A stretch of DNA of 64,000 nucleotides. Source: Amoebophrya sp. A120. Taxonomy: Eukaryota > Protista > Dinoflagellata. Shown piece by piece: positions 38,136 through 50,890 of this stretch. The stretch spans positions 7,818,771 through 7,882,770 of the forward strand of contig CAJINV010000004.1 in assembly GCA_905178155.1 (NCBI GenBank), in the 5' to 3' direction. The translations under genes and the position numbers were made by a program. Under the pieces are notes generated by a model. It had not been told where the DNA came from and did no database searches. It was given only the letters and a program-made list of their open reading frames with translations. Positions within the stretch are counted from its first letter, which is position 1; each line of letters opens with the position of its first letter.

Positions 38136-38964
38136 AACGCACTGAAAATTTTCACCCTGAATCTTCTTCGTACGAGGAAAACGAAAATGAGAATTATATG
38201 GCAAGCGAGAGCAATGAGCTGTATGTGTATTCTGTAGTTTAACAGTCAGATGTGGTGTTGTATAGTATTCGGCAGTGTAGTTTCAGCTTCATTAACATAG
38301 TGTGATCCACCAGTAATAAAAAATGGAAGTTCAATGGACTGGTATCTTCAAATTGAGAGCAAAAAATCCTATTTATTGGTCGCAAATACGGGGATACTGC
38401 TTACACCAAGTCGTGGCTTCTCAAGATCTCTCTTGGCGATGTTTGCAAGGATAAATGATCATGACGAAATGACTACACCGACACTGATCCGAGTCTTCCC
38501 TTTTGCCGGTTGCTATCTCGACGGTCGCTCTACGTGGACGAAGTGGCACTACAAATGTGACGCAATTTTTTATCGAGAGAAGTGGCTCTACTTCTTCATT
38601 CCGCATTTCAGTGAAACTACAAAAAGGTAAAAGCAATCTGGCTGTGACTGTATATTAGCATTACGAGATAAAAACGAAATCCGCCTCTATCAGGACGCTC
38701 TTTTACAACTTGACACCTTGCTCGAGCATTTTGTTGCCCACACAAGGTAGGTTCTGTCTCTGTTCGGGAAGACTGGAGAAGAAAATCATACCAGCAGAGC
38801 AAAGAATAGAAGCGCAGTGCTTTGGAGCTTCTTTATCATCTCGCTCCCAGACAAGCAGATAAGGAAGGGAAAACTGTTGCTGCTTGTGTTGAGCTACCTA
38901 GTCCTAAATTTAGCAAGTTCTTGGACTTCTCACCTGGCAAGTAAGTGAGTCAAAGTATAACATC

Positions 38965-39819
38965 ATGGCATCCCTCCGTCGCGTACTTGCCGCCGTCGGT
39001 GCGGGCATGTCATCTCTCCACTTCCGCAGAGAATTACTTTTCGGCGCGCTCCTCCTGGGTGGGCGTGGTGCTTTTGAATCCTCTGGGATGAATGCCAGCC
39101 ACTCTGTTTATCCGTTCGTGGTTGCTGTCCAGGTGCGGCCATCTCGGGAGCCAAGCCAACTTTTGCACAAGATAAAAAGCAAGGATCTGGTCGGGGCGAC
39201 AGATCTTTTTTTCGAAATGTTGAAAGACGGGCCGCTTCTACCCACTCCAGCAGAGTATAAGGAACTGCGACGTGCACTTTTCGAGATAAAGGATTGGAAA
39301 GGTGCTGAGAAGGTGCGCCATGCGTATCCGTATTTGTCGAAGGGTGTCAAGGCGCCGCAGCCGTGTGCAGGTTTGGAAGGAAAGACGGAGCTCGAAGCGA
39401 GTTGCGGCGGCAGCGATGGCCAAGAACAGCACAGGGAGCAGGCAGCTGTATCTGGTAAACAACAAGGGACCACAGCCGAGTATTACCTCCGTCAAGTGAA
39501 GTGCGTAGAGGAAATTCTTTCCATTATGAATAGAAAGGGGATCGAGCCGGACATCTCTTGCTACAACACCCTACTGAGCGCACGCGCCAAGGCTGGCGAC
39601 GCGGCGGGCGCGTTCGCGGTGTTGGAAGAAATGGAAGCCGCGGAGATCGTGCCCGACCTTGCCACCTACAGCACCCTGCTGGAAGCTTGCGCCGGCACAC
39701 AATACGGCGAAATCGTTCTTGACATCATGAAAATTCAGGGGATGATCCGCCGCGACTGCAACGAAAAGCAGGCCAAAGAAGAATTGCTACGAAAAATTGC
39801 GAAGAGTGGTGGGCACTGA
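38965..39819 (+). CDS. Pentatricopeptide-repeat (PPR) protein
   Basis: MNRKGIEPDISCYNTLLSARAKAGDAAGAFAVLEEMEAAEIVPDLATYSTLLEACA is a typical P-type PPR; the N-terminus resembles a targeting peptide. Confidence 0.8.
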   Translation: MASLRRVLAAVGAGMSSLHFRRELLFGALLLGGRGAFESSGMNASHSVYPFVVAVQVRPSREPSQLLHKIKSKDLVGATDLFFEMLKDGPLLPTPAEYKELRRALFEIKDWKGAEKVRHAYPYLSKGVKAPQPCAGLEGKTELEASCGGSDGQEQHREQAAVSGKQQGTTAEYYLRQVKCVEEILSIMNRKGIEPDISCYNTLLSARAKAGDAAGAFAVLEEMEAAEIVPDLATYSTLLEACAGTQYGEIVLDIMKIQGMIRRDCNEKQAKEELLRKIAKSGGH

Positions 39820-40325
39820 GTCCTGGTAGATAGAATGAAAGAGTGATTTACTACACAAAAGCAAACCCTCACCGGCGACACATAGCGCACGACAGTGCTT
39901 CATCTTGTCTCGTCGACGGATGGCTGGGTGTGTGCGCTTGCCGTGTTTGCGCTAAGTACCCGTATTTGTACTAAAGGAGCAAGACGTGCGGCGCTCTACT
40001 GACTGCCACAGAAGCTTTGCTTTCGCTTTTTGATTTATCAACCTGGCCAGCTACATACTCCAGCCCATGTCGTATCCAGATTCAGTTTCCTGGTCACTGT
40101 GAACAATGTACAATGGCAGAACAAATAAGTAAGGCGCAACACAGTAGGAAGCTTTGGTGCTGATGGGAGGACCAACGTCACCAGCAGTTTTTTCGCAGCA
40201 TGGATTGACTTTAAAAGACACACGCTTTCGTCCGAAGCCCAGCTTTCATTCTATTTCTGTTGCAGATCCGGAAAAAATATAGAAGAGGTTTTATTTCACT
40301 TATTCAAATATAGGATGCCACACAC

Positions 40326-40492
40326 ATATCGACTAACATTTTGTGTTGACATTTTGAAAGAAGTAACGTCCAAATATCGATTGACATTTTGAAAGACGTA
40401 ACGCCATATCGATTAACATTTTGAAAGTAGCGTCCTATCGATTGACATTTTGAAAGAAGTAACGTCCACATATCGATACTTAACATTTTGAA
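40326..40492. repeat. Tandem minisatellite, ~30-34 bp unit, ~5 copies
   Basis: Unit approximately atatcgattgacattttgaaagaagtaacgtcc. Confidence 0.85.
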
Positions 40493-40884
40493 TCTGTCTG
40501 GGGGATTGAACTTGAAATAAGGCGAAGTATGTTTTTGTGTCCCGCCACTTCACCTGCGGGGACGGCTTAACGCGGAGAAAATTCACCTGCGGGCACGGCT
40601 TAACTGCTGTGTAAAAACCATTTCTCAAAAACTTTTTCAGGGACGTTTTTCTGGCACATCCGTATAAAGGTGAAGCAGTGGCCAAGGCTTTCGTTAGCAC
40701 TTGAAAAGAGATCGCTGAAAAAGAAAAATTGATGCCTTTGCTGTTCAACTTCTTCTTCTTCATCGTCTCCTTCGCGGCTAGAGAGAAAGAACGGAGAAAA
40801 AGTCACAAACTGAGAGAGCTCAAGACCAAAAGCATTTGTGTCCCGCCACTCTCCGCACGCCGTGTTCTCTCGTCTCAAAATGAG

Positions 40885-40992
40885 AGCAGCCTGCAAGATC
40901 CAGCAGAGAGAGCTGTGATTTTGTCTTTCTTACGATGCAGATCTTGTTCGTCATACAATATCAAGTCTCCGCGACGCACTGAAAATTGTTCC
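40885..40992. repeat. Dispersed ~110 bp intergenic repeat, copy 2
   Basis: Same orientation as, and similar to, 38027..38135. Confidence 0.8.
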
Positions 40993-41134
40993 ATCAACGC
41001 TCAGACTTTTTTTTGTAAAAATCTTCCTTTGAGTGACCACTTTTCTTATAAAAAATCTGGGCTCGTCCACCAAGTCTTCCGGGATAGTACGAAACAAGAC
41101 CACTGATAAGTAGAAGTACAAAAAAGAAAAAGCC

Positions 41135-44100
41135 ATGCGCTCGTATAAAGTCCGTGGCTCGTTGCTGCTCCGAGTGGTTGCGTCCGCCTGCTTAGTTGCC
41201 GTGTCTTTATTGCCGGAATGGACGGCCATTATATGCAGCTTCCTGACAACTACGCGAGTCTTCCTTCCAGGCAGTTTTACTTTCGCGCATGCTGCAAAAG
41301 TGACGGACCTTGCGCGAGAAGACGGAGATGAACCAAAGCAGGAGTACTTGCTGCCACGACCCATCCCGGTGTTGCTTGGCGCAACGTCATCTTCACATGG
41401 GGCAAAGAAGTCAGAATATTATGCGCGAAGGTTGTATGCATCCAAAAATCCACGACCCGCCCGCCTTTCCAGTGCGGCTTTGGCATTGCAGCGGCAGAGC
41501 AAGGTCCTGGCCCAGTTAGAATTTGAGAACCCGGCGGCGTTTAAGCTGCAGAGCTCCATGGAGAAAGTCGATCCAGAAAGCGTAGGAAACGTAGTTTTCG
41601 CAGACCCGCGCAGGGGAGACGGCGCAGTGTCAAGCAGGAGCGCAACGAGTTCGCGTTCTTCCAGTAGAAATAACTTTCCAAAGAAGGACTTGATGCAGCA
41701 CATCCTCCACCTCTGGCAGAAGGAGCGAATCTATCAAATGCAAATATGTCTGGGTCTGGAAGAGTGCAGGTTTTTGTCATGCTGTTTTTGCATGACTCAG
41801 AAGGTCTGGCATGGAGGCCTTAGCATCACAGATATCCATAAGGTTCTGCAATGCCTAATCCGCATGACAAATGCTTTAATTTGGTGACAGAAAGTGGGCA
41901 GCTTCTGCTCCATATGCATGAGAGATTTGTGTGTGTTGCGAAATGCGCATGAGAAGTTTAATTCCTTCCTGACCCAGGCACTTTTGCAGGTGATGGAATT
42001 ACGGAGCTGAACACCCAGGCGAATTCCCCGAGTTTATTACAGTGAAAAATGTCCCCACCCCAGACCCAGAGTTGTCATGCAAATCTGCATGCCAAAAAAG
42101 TTTGTCATTCGAAGCGCCATGAGAGGCACTTTCTAGTCGTGTTTCGGAATTCGGGATGCTATAATCAGCATGATATACTAGATCTGTAATGCTGCTGAAC
42201 TACCTAAACTGGGTTACACTACGAGGACAGACTTGTCATGCCAAACGACCAAAGCTGGCTGATTTGTCTAGCAGGTTTCCCATCTTGACTCTGGTGTGGG
42301 GACGTTTTTACAAATGATAGAGTTCTCTGCTTTCCCAGCTCCCAATAGATGTCCGCCAGAAGGTGTTGCGCGACTATCCTGTGCGAAAGCATCGTAGTCG
42401 TACTAATTGCAAAGATGCATCATGACAAATTTTCTTCCTAAAGTAAAACAGCATTACAAATTCCACTTTTCTTCTTTCCAAAATTTGTGATGCAATTTAT
42501 ACTAGTACGATACTTTTGCAATGCATAGAGACTACGTTGCGGCAAACTTTGAGGACCCGTTTGCCGACGCGGAATCCCCGGAGATGCGGCGGGCGTTCGA
42601 GCAGACTCTGAAGTTTGCCGGCACCTGGCACCGGAATATCAAGTGCAAAAATGTCTGGGTCTGGAAGAATACAAACTTGTGATGCGCATTTCTGAACACA
42701 GAAAAATCTCTCATGCATAGGCAGCAAAAGTTGCCCACTTTCTGTCACCAAAGTCAGGAATTTGTCATTCGGGGGATTCGGCATTGCGAACGCTTCTCGA
42801 AACCTGTGATGCTAGAGCTTCCAACATGCCAGACCTTCTGTGTCATGCAAAAACAGCATGGACTCTTCTAGAGCCAGACATTTTTGCATTTGATACGGAA
42901 CGGACTGGAGCGCAACTGTTTTGACAAGCAGGAGAAGTTTGTGGCAGACGTTTGGCGCAAAGTTTCGGAGAAGGTATGGCCGAAAGTAGCGAGGAAACTA
43001 CCTGAACATCAAACCAACACTGGCGTACTACTACAACAAAGGTCCTCGACCACATCAACGGCAGCAAGCGGGCAGCCGATGCGCAATAGTCCGACGTTTT
43101 TTCCGCAAATGAGCCTGCAGTCGGATCTCGCGCAGCTGGAGGAATTCGCAGCACAGGTTCAGGGGCTCATGCCGACGACCACGCAGGGAAGTAGTAGTAC
43201 TGCAGGACAACCGACGGGAGCAGGACATCAACCGATGAGTCTTCAGAATTCATCCGGAAGTAGCGAAGCTGCTGCAATATTAATTGGTACTTCTTCTTCT
43301 AGCAGCCGACGAGAGCGGCATCCCCTTGTGACAGTGGAAGATGATGTTGATCCCCGTGTTCCTGACTACGTGTTCGACGGGCACGAAGATGATGAGGTAG
43401 ACCCAGAACTGGGTCGTGGGCAAAATACAGCGAGATCTTCCGCTTCTGGCACCATGATCCGAGAAGTGCGAGATCCTAGTCCCAGCACTTCCAGCAGCGC
43501 TTTTACGGTGTCCATGACAGCAAATTCGTCAGTGTTGCTGTCGCCTATAATCCACCAGCAGGAAGAAAACCCGATATTAGAGGGGGGTCTTCTATATGAT
43601 CCGCACAGGAGCATGCCCGATCAATCCTCGCCTGCAGGCACCTCCACCTCCGCAGCTGTTTTTTCCCCGCCTGCCCGGAGCTCGCCCATCAGCACCATCC
43701 CGGAAAACTCACCGCTGCATGACGAAAACACAACAACGAGCAGGAGCTCCACCTCGATCCTGGTTCCTAGCAATGCCAGTGCTGCCACTGGTCCTCTCTC
43801 ACCGTGGTCTACTACTACTTCCAACGGAGACGAGAGCGAGGTCGTGTCTCGTAGTAGTGCCTCAAACTATAGTAGTACTCCACCCTCCACCTCCTCTTCC
43901 TCCCGCTTCGAGCGGGTCTTGCGGCAGGTGATGGCCACGCCGTTGCTCTCGGCCGGCACGATGGCCGAGGCGGAGTTACAAATTGGCCACACCTTAACTA
44001 ACAGCACGGCGGCGACTTCGAACGGGGTAGGTGGAGACGACCGTGATATAATTACAGTACCGCCTGCAGATCAACAAGATGGCAGCAACGTTAACGGCAC

Positions 44101-47056
44101 AACATCCGATCGAAATCGCTTCCACCTGCCGCTGCCCCCGAGCCAAACTTTGTCGCTGCCGATCCCGAAAAATGCTGCGCATGGCCGAGTCATTAGTATC
44201 GGTTCCGTAGCGCAGAACGCGAGACGCGCGTTGACGCCAAGAACCTCGAAGCAGCCACCCTGGCACCACGTCCAGAACATTTATCAAGAGGAGCCGCAAG
44301 AACTACCTTCACAGGACCAGCAGGAGGACTCGGCGGAAGTCTTCACGGACGAGGATGTCATCCAAGGCACGAAAATGCTCTCCAACCTGTGGCGCTTCGG
44401 GCCCAAAGATCTTTATTTCCCGGTGCTGGCTATTGTGCCGCGGATGAACTTTATCCCACGAAAAACCTGTTTCACTGTGATGATCTTGCAAGATCTGCAT
44501 CACAAGTTTGTTACACATGACACAGAAAATTTGCCTTGCGTGCTTCCAAAGGGAAAACACCGCTCAAGAGTCAAGGTCTTGCAGTTGTGGCAAGACAAAT
44601 AGTTCTGTGTTACATTCTATGCATCACAAGTTCACAGTGAAACAGTTTTTTCTTGCGATAAACTTGAATTCCCGAGGCTTTTCGGAGGAGGAGCAGAACA
44701 AGTGTTTTGGGCCGGACTGCTATCCTGAGTAAAAACGTCCCCACACCAGAGTCAAGATTGGGATCTCGCAACACAGGTCGAGAAGTTTTGGGAGTCACGC
44801 ATGACAAGTTCCTCTCTGTATTGTAGTGCTGTTTAGCAAGTGCAGCCGCATCACAAAACCATCTACTCATCCGGTTTTCAGCATTACAAAGTCCAAAACG
44901 CGATTGGAAATGCTTCTCATGGGGATGCGCATTACAAATCTTCCTTTCATTGCAAATCTGCATGACAACTATGGGGTGGGGACGTTTTTACTCAGGATAA
45001 CTGGGAAAAGCACGTGATCGTTGTTGACGCGGACGAGGACACCTGCGACACATTTGACACAACCACCACGAATAGTCTAACGTTAGCCGGTATGCATTGC
45101 AAATATGTCTGGGTCTGGAAGAATGCATGTTTGTCATGCGTATCTGGCATGACTGTTAAATCTGTCATGCACATTAAACCAGAGCGGCCCCATTGTTCTG
45201 TCATGCAGAAACGCAGTTTGTCATTCAGAACCTAGAAGCTCGGAAACTTGTCATGCTGAGGCAGCACTTGTGGCCTTCTAATGATACGCCACCCCGCATC
45301 ACAAGTTTCCAGACCCAGACATATTTGCACTGGATAGCCGGCCACGGACTGGCCATCGGGAACCCGGGTAACTACCACGTGCAGGACCCGCGGGCGCTGT
45401 TCTGCTGCAAGGAGGAGCACGATGCGGGGATGACGTTCTGGGCCCAGAACCGGGGCGCGCCGAGCGTGGACTTGACGGCGATCACGAGTGGGACGGAGCG
45501 AACAGTCCGCGCGCCGGGGCGGGTGGAAGATAATGCTGGCGGAGAAGTACAAGATCATGTTGGTGTTGCTGGTCCTGGTACGTCGACGACGAATCCGTTC
45601 AGTGTACAACTAGCTGTTCCTCGTACAACTGACAACATGAACAACGAGGGACGTCGCACTGAACCGCGGCGACCTGGCTCTACTACTTCGGCAGCGCCGT
45701 CGTCTAATACTTCTTCTCAACGGTATGTTCCACTCGAAATGTATCCAAGGAAAAAAGTGTTACAGCTACACATTCGTATGGAGTTTCTGCATCACAAAGT
45801 TGCTCGACACGGCAAAGAACACCTGTGATGCGCAGAATGTAAGGGAAGAAAAAACTACACGAAGGAAATGAGGCTGGCAAGCATCTCCTGCATGACAAAG
45901 GTTGCCTGTCTTGCTTGTTTCGCATGAAGACCACAATGAGTAACTGTAACTACACTTTTTTCTTCGCATAAAATGGCCTCGAATTTCTTTCACGAAGCCG
46001 CGGACCAGGAGGAGGGCCGAGCGGCTGCTGCGGAAGTGCAAGTAGGTGAAGATCATGTTGGTGTTGAGGGACCACTACAAGCTACGGCGATAGATGTTCA
46101 TCTACAGCAGGGACGTCTTCAAGGAGCAGCAGGTGAAGTTGTGGAACTTGCGCAAGATGATCATGTTGAATACGACCGTGACGTGGAGCGTCGCGCGAGC
46201 CAATTTCTAAGCCGGTTTTCCAGGATGTTTCTGCAGAAGCAAGATTTTAGTAGTAGCACAAGCGGAAAGATGAATCCAAAGACCACGGCCGAGAAACTGC
46301 TCCATATGCGGGAAGCGCGGGTGGGTGCAGTAGTCAAGTGGCGGCAGCTACTGGAAAATATTGGCGAACTGCTGAAGCCGCCAAGAACTCCGCCGAACAG
46401 CAAAATGGGATTGTTTCGAGCCGAGGACGTGTTTCCCTTCCACGCCTACCACGCGCAGTATGGCATCATTCTCAAACGTTACACTCTCAACTGTTACAGG
46501 AACTTGCGATGCAAGAACAGCAACAGCGCAAGGGGCAAGCTTGCAGCTCTCGCATCACAAATGTGACACAGATTGCAATGCGGTTTACCCCTTCGAGAAT
46601 CTGTCATGCGAAGAAGCTCGAGCGTCTGGTGGTTTATGGTATTTCCGCATGACAAATCATGCAACGGCTGAGAATGTAATGGCTGAGAATCCCATACGCA
46701 GCACCGGGAGAAATGCCCGATCCCGAGGTTTTTCTCGACGGCATTTGTCTTGCAAGTGCCGTTATGAACCGCAAATATCGATCTGGGTCTGGAAGGATGC
46801 AACTACTTGTGATGCTGGATTTGGATTCTACAATAAATCTGTATTGCATGAATAGCAAAAGAGGTCCAGTTTTTGCCATGACGAGAGGATATTTCTGATG
46901 CGGTATAGGCATCAAGAAGCCCTCATAAAATCTGTGATGCAGCTAGGGCATGCATCGCAGACTTTAGGAATCATGCAAAATGTGCATGACCAACCTTGCT
47001 CCAGCATCCATCCAGACCCGGACATATTTGCATTTTGATAGCCGTATCAGTACTAA
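41135..47056 (+). CDS. Large hypothetical protein with hydrophobic N-terminus, F-box-like motif and S/T-rich region; 11 exons
   Basis: Frame is continuous across 10 introners to TAA at 47054-47056. The spliced segment SLLSQLPIDVRQKVLRD|YV resembles an F-box. Start uncertain. Confidence 0.65.
41732..41995. mobile_element. Introner family A
   Basis: Family A TIRs, ends ATG; direct repeat GAATC/GAATT. Confidence 0.88.
42035..42319. mobile_element. Introner family E
   Basis: Family E TIRs; direct repeat GAGTT. Confidence 0.9.
42375..42527. mobile_element. Introner family B
   Basis: Family B TIRs; direct repeat GCGAC/GAGAC. Confidence 0.88.
42637..42895. mobile_element. Introner family A
   Basis: Family A TIRs; direct repeat CGGAA. 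Confidence 0.92.
44452..44660. mobile_element. Introner family D
   Basis: Family D TIRs; direct repeat AACTT. Confidence 0.92.
44721..44999. mobile_element. Introner family E
   Basis: tatcctgagtaaaaacgtccccac ... gtggggacgtttttactcaggata; direct repeat ACTGC/ACTGG. Confidence 0.92.
45091..45336. mobile_element. Introner family A
   Basis: Family A TIRs; direct repeat GCCGG. Confidence 0.92.
45742..45970. mobile_element. Introner family F
   Basis: Family F TIRs; direct repeat AAATG. Confidence 0.9.
46459..46696. mobile_element. Introner family H-like
   Basis: tatggcatcattctcaaacgttacactctcaactgttaca ... gctgagaatgtaatggctgagaatcccata; direct repeat CGCAG. Confidence 0.85.
46763..47040. mobile_element. 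Introner family A
   Basis: Family A TIRs; direct repeat GCCGT; followed by a last exon of only ~4 codons. Confidence 0.88.
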
Positions 47057-48000
47057 GTAGCAGGCAGCACTTACTGCTATGAGCGGTGCTGTCATCTGAT
47101 GTTCTGAAGTGATTGACAAGTAGAATTTGTGAATGTACAATAAGTTGGTGCGGTCTATCTCTATTGCGTGGTTTCTATGGTTCACATTTTCCGAAAGCCA
47201 GCACCGAAACTAGAAGCTCTGAGTGCAGGCTGTACACTATCAGTACGAGTTTTGCGACCTTGACCGTGAAATGCACAAGCGTACACTATGAGTAAATTCA
47301 ATACTGTTTCCAAGAACTGCGTCTGCTAAACTTAAGTGCACATAAAAGACGAAAAAACCCGAACCCAAATCAAAGCCGTAAATCAAATTGCGACGTCGAC
47401 TCCAAAACGTAAGTGTTGTAGTTGCAAGAACTTTCAGAGCGAAAAATCGCAAAGAGGATCTGGTTCTGCTCGAATGGAGATCATTTTTCCAAAATGTTTT
47501 CCCGCACGACCGCAGATTGGGTCTTCAAAAGAAACGCTCGGTCATTTGCTAAAACTTTTTCTTCTTTCGAAAATCGATCCGAAGATATCATCTCCTCCCA
47601 AATCTGCTTTATTCCAAATGCCGTTCAAATTAGATTTTTATTCCACCATAATATTTCTTTTTTCATTTATTTTTCGATCCTCCAACCAAATTGAGTATCA
47701 GGTCCAGAAAAAATAGTCAGTGAAGTAGAGACGGATGACCACATAGTAAAACTATACGATTTCTGCAGTGAGAACAGTGAGTCGATAGATTAGGTACTAG
47801 AACTACCGAATTGAAAAGTAGAACTAGAACCGCCCACGGACTAACACATAAGGTAGTTGTGGCTCCTGGTGGCGAGCGCTTGTCTAGTCGTACTAGCTGT
47901 GCTACTAGTGCCAGAACCAACAGTAAGCGTTTCTTTTCGACTTTACTTTTGCTCGGTTGTACTACTATATCGCAAACCTTCAAAAGCATCTTCCGCGAAA

Positions 48001-50350
48001 ATGATGCAGCCACCGACAGAAGAGTTCCAGACCTCCGAGGATTGCGAGGCCATCGGGACTTTTGCAGAAATGGAGATGAAAAGCGACTTGTTAAGGGGAG
48101 TTTACGCATACGGGTGGGAAAGGCCATCCGCAATTCAGCAGCGAGCCATCGTGCCAATCTTCAAAGGTATAGAGAACCGAGTAGGTGGCACGTGACGATG
48201 ATTTTTGGCATGATGGTGCATAAAGAACTGCAGTTGTTCTTGTTGTATCAGTCGATAATCGATCAACGAGTATAACGAAGATTGGCGTAGTAGTAATCGT
48301 GCACCAGGTTATTGTCGAAATGGGAAAACTTCGAAAAGGAAAACTTGAATTTATTGCCGTGAGTTGATCGTTTATTCACATTAGCATTACATCTTTCACA
48401 ACAGGTCGCGACGTAATAGTGCAGTCCCAGTCCGTATCAAATGTAAAAATGTCTGGGTCTGGAAGATTGGGAGACTTGTCATGCATATTTTCATTTTGCA
48501 TGACCCATGACGCCTGTAATGCATGTCCTACCATCACAGATTTTTAGAACCCTTCCTGAAGCCTATTCCGCATGAGAAATGCCCTCTCCGCGTAGCACAA
48601 ACTGTGGTCCTCTTGCTGGTCATGCAATACAGATTTTTCTGGAATCCAAATGCAGCATCACAAGTTGCATTCTTCCAGACCCAGACATTTTTACATTTGA
48701 TAGTCCGGTACGGGAAAGACCGCGGTTTTTTGCTTGGGGGCACTCCAGGTTGTCGTGAAGAAAAACCGTTACCCGCAGGTAAGAAGTAGATCAATATGAT
48801 TTTGTCATCTTCAACATGCTGTTTCGTTTGTCAACATCTACTATTGCTGGAAGAGAAGTACTATTCTTGCAGCTGGGGAAGAAGTATCCTATGCAGTGAA
48901 GAATTTTTGTTGTTCTACTTCTAGGACGTCGCTACGAGTAAGAAAACGTTGAATTTGTCAACATCGCAATCAAAATGTTGAAAACAATCAGTAAAAAAAC
49001 GAGTATCACTTATCGCAGGCGCTTCTCCTCTCTCCCACACGCGAACTGGCAGAGCAGTCACAGAAGATTTGCGTTGCCCTCGGGGATTACATGAACATCT
49101 CGGTCCACTGCTGCATCGGTGGCAAGAGAATACCTGACGACATTCGCGCGCTGGAAGCGGGTTGCCATGTGGTTTCCGGGACGCCGGGGCGGGTGTTTCA
49201 CATGATCCAAGACCGGCACCTGAACACGAAGGGCATGAAAATGCTGATTCTTGACGAAGCAGATGAGCTGCTGAACAAGTAGATATTTGATAATTTTCAT
49301 GGTATTTATGCGAAAATTTCAAATCTTCATCGTGTCAGACTCATGGGCGATGTTGTAAGCAGCCCCATTATTTTTTATCTCTACCAGCCCTACTATTCTT
49401 CGCAGGACAAGGTCGTAAATTTATTAAAATTAGAGCTACCATCAATAATCCAAAAATCACCCAGGGGCTTTAAGGAGCAGATTCACGACATTTACCGGTT
49501 CCTGCCTCCGGGTGTGCAGGTCGTCTGCGTGTCCGCAACTCTGCCGCACGAAGTTTTGGAAATGACCCAGAAATTCATGAACAACCCGTTTCGCGTGCTG
49601 GTCAAGCGCGATGAGCTTTCGCTGGAGGGGATCAAGCAGTTTTTTGTCGCCGTGGAACGCGAGCAGTGGAAGTACGACACGCTCTGCGATTTGTATGACA
49701 CCCTGACGATAACGCAGGCGGTGATCTTCTGCAATACGCAACAGAAAGTGGACTGGCTCGCGGGGAAGATGAGGGAACAGAACTTCACGGTATTCTTAAC
49801 TTGTCATGCTAAAGAAGAATCACATGCAAAAATCTGTGTTGCACGATTATACCAAAAGCTGTGCACAACTTTCGACCAAGTTGAGAGGGAGTGTCTACTC
49901 ATGCAGGATAGGCACGATAATAGAGACCACCTCACAGAATCTGTCTTGCTAAATTCTGCATTTTAGACCTCAGGGGTCATGGAAAATCAGCATGACAAAT
50001 CACTGCAAACTAATATTCTTCAGGTTTCCTCGATGCACGCGGGTCTGGACCAGAAGGAGCGGGATTACATCATGAACCAATTCCGGTCCGGGCAATCCCG
50101 AGTCTTGATTGCCACGGACGTTTGGGGCCGTGGTCTGGACGTGCAGCAGGTGTCGCTGGTGATCTGCTACGACTTACCCACCAATCGTGAGCTGTACATC
50201 CACAGAATAGGCCGATCGGGGCGGTACGGCAGGAAGGGCGTCGCGATAAACTTCGTGAAAGAGGAGGACATCAGAATTCTTCGCGACATAGAGCAGTTTT
50301 ATTCGACGCAGATCGACGAGATGCCGATGAACGTTGCGGACCTGATTTAA
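48001..50350 (+). CDS. EIF4A3: eIF4A-III (exon junction complex DEAD-box helicase), 6 exons
   Basis: [24 protein letters not shown]|[86 protein letters not shown] introns 48167..48404, 48779..49018, 49279..49464, 49790..50023, plus one introner. Confidence 0.93.
48435..48702. mobile_element. Introner family A
   Basis: Family A TIRs; direct repeat GTCCG; inside the Walker A motif. Confidence 0.93.
49790..50023 (+). mobile_element. Family A introner relic now a canonical GT-AG intron
   Basis: Body matches the interior of 23783..24043; both TIRs eroded; begins G-TAT, ends CAG. Confidence 0.85.
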
Positions 50351-50890
50351 GAAGGATCGATAAAAACATCATTTAAGAAGTTTGGGTGGACAACATAATA
50401 GATGAGGCTGTACCTCTACAGCTGCGGAACAAGTGAGCTAGTACACTTTTATCCAAGAAGATGAAAGGCTGAATCGCAAGCGAAAAAGGAAACATAGTCG
50501 CGATTTCGATTTTCAGTTTGTTTTCGTCTGCTTGGTGAGCGGACGAGAGGGTACTATTGCTTGGTGTTCAAGTGTTCAACATTTCTGCTGCCTTCTATAA
50601 TTTTCGAAAAATTTTTTGTTACTGGAATACCACGGGATCTCTCCTTGTGTCCCCCTGAAAACGTTCTTTTTGCTCGTACTTCTTGTTTAAGTAACAGTAA
50701 GTATTTTGCGACAGATTCTTTGTGCGACTGTTTCTTTCTGTGATTCTTTCTTTTTGCGATAAAAATTGCACTTTGGACAGTGTCGTGGTGAAAATCTGTC
50801 GATCTTCCACAGAGTCCGTAAATCGCATTGATAAGTTGAACAAGTAGTAGTGGTCGATTTTCTTGATAACTATCCCATTGCAGCTACAGA

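Noticed and set aside
40326-40492. CRISPR-like repeat array
   Set aside because: Units are contiguous and degenerate with no unique spacers, there are no cas genes, and the context is eukaryotic.
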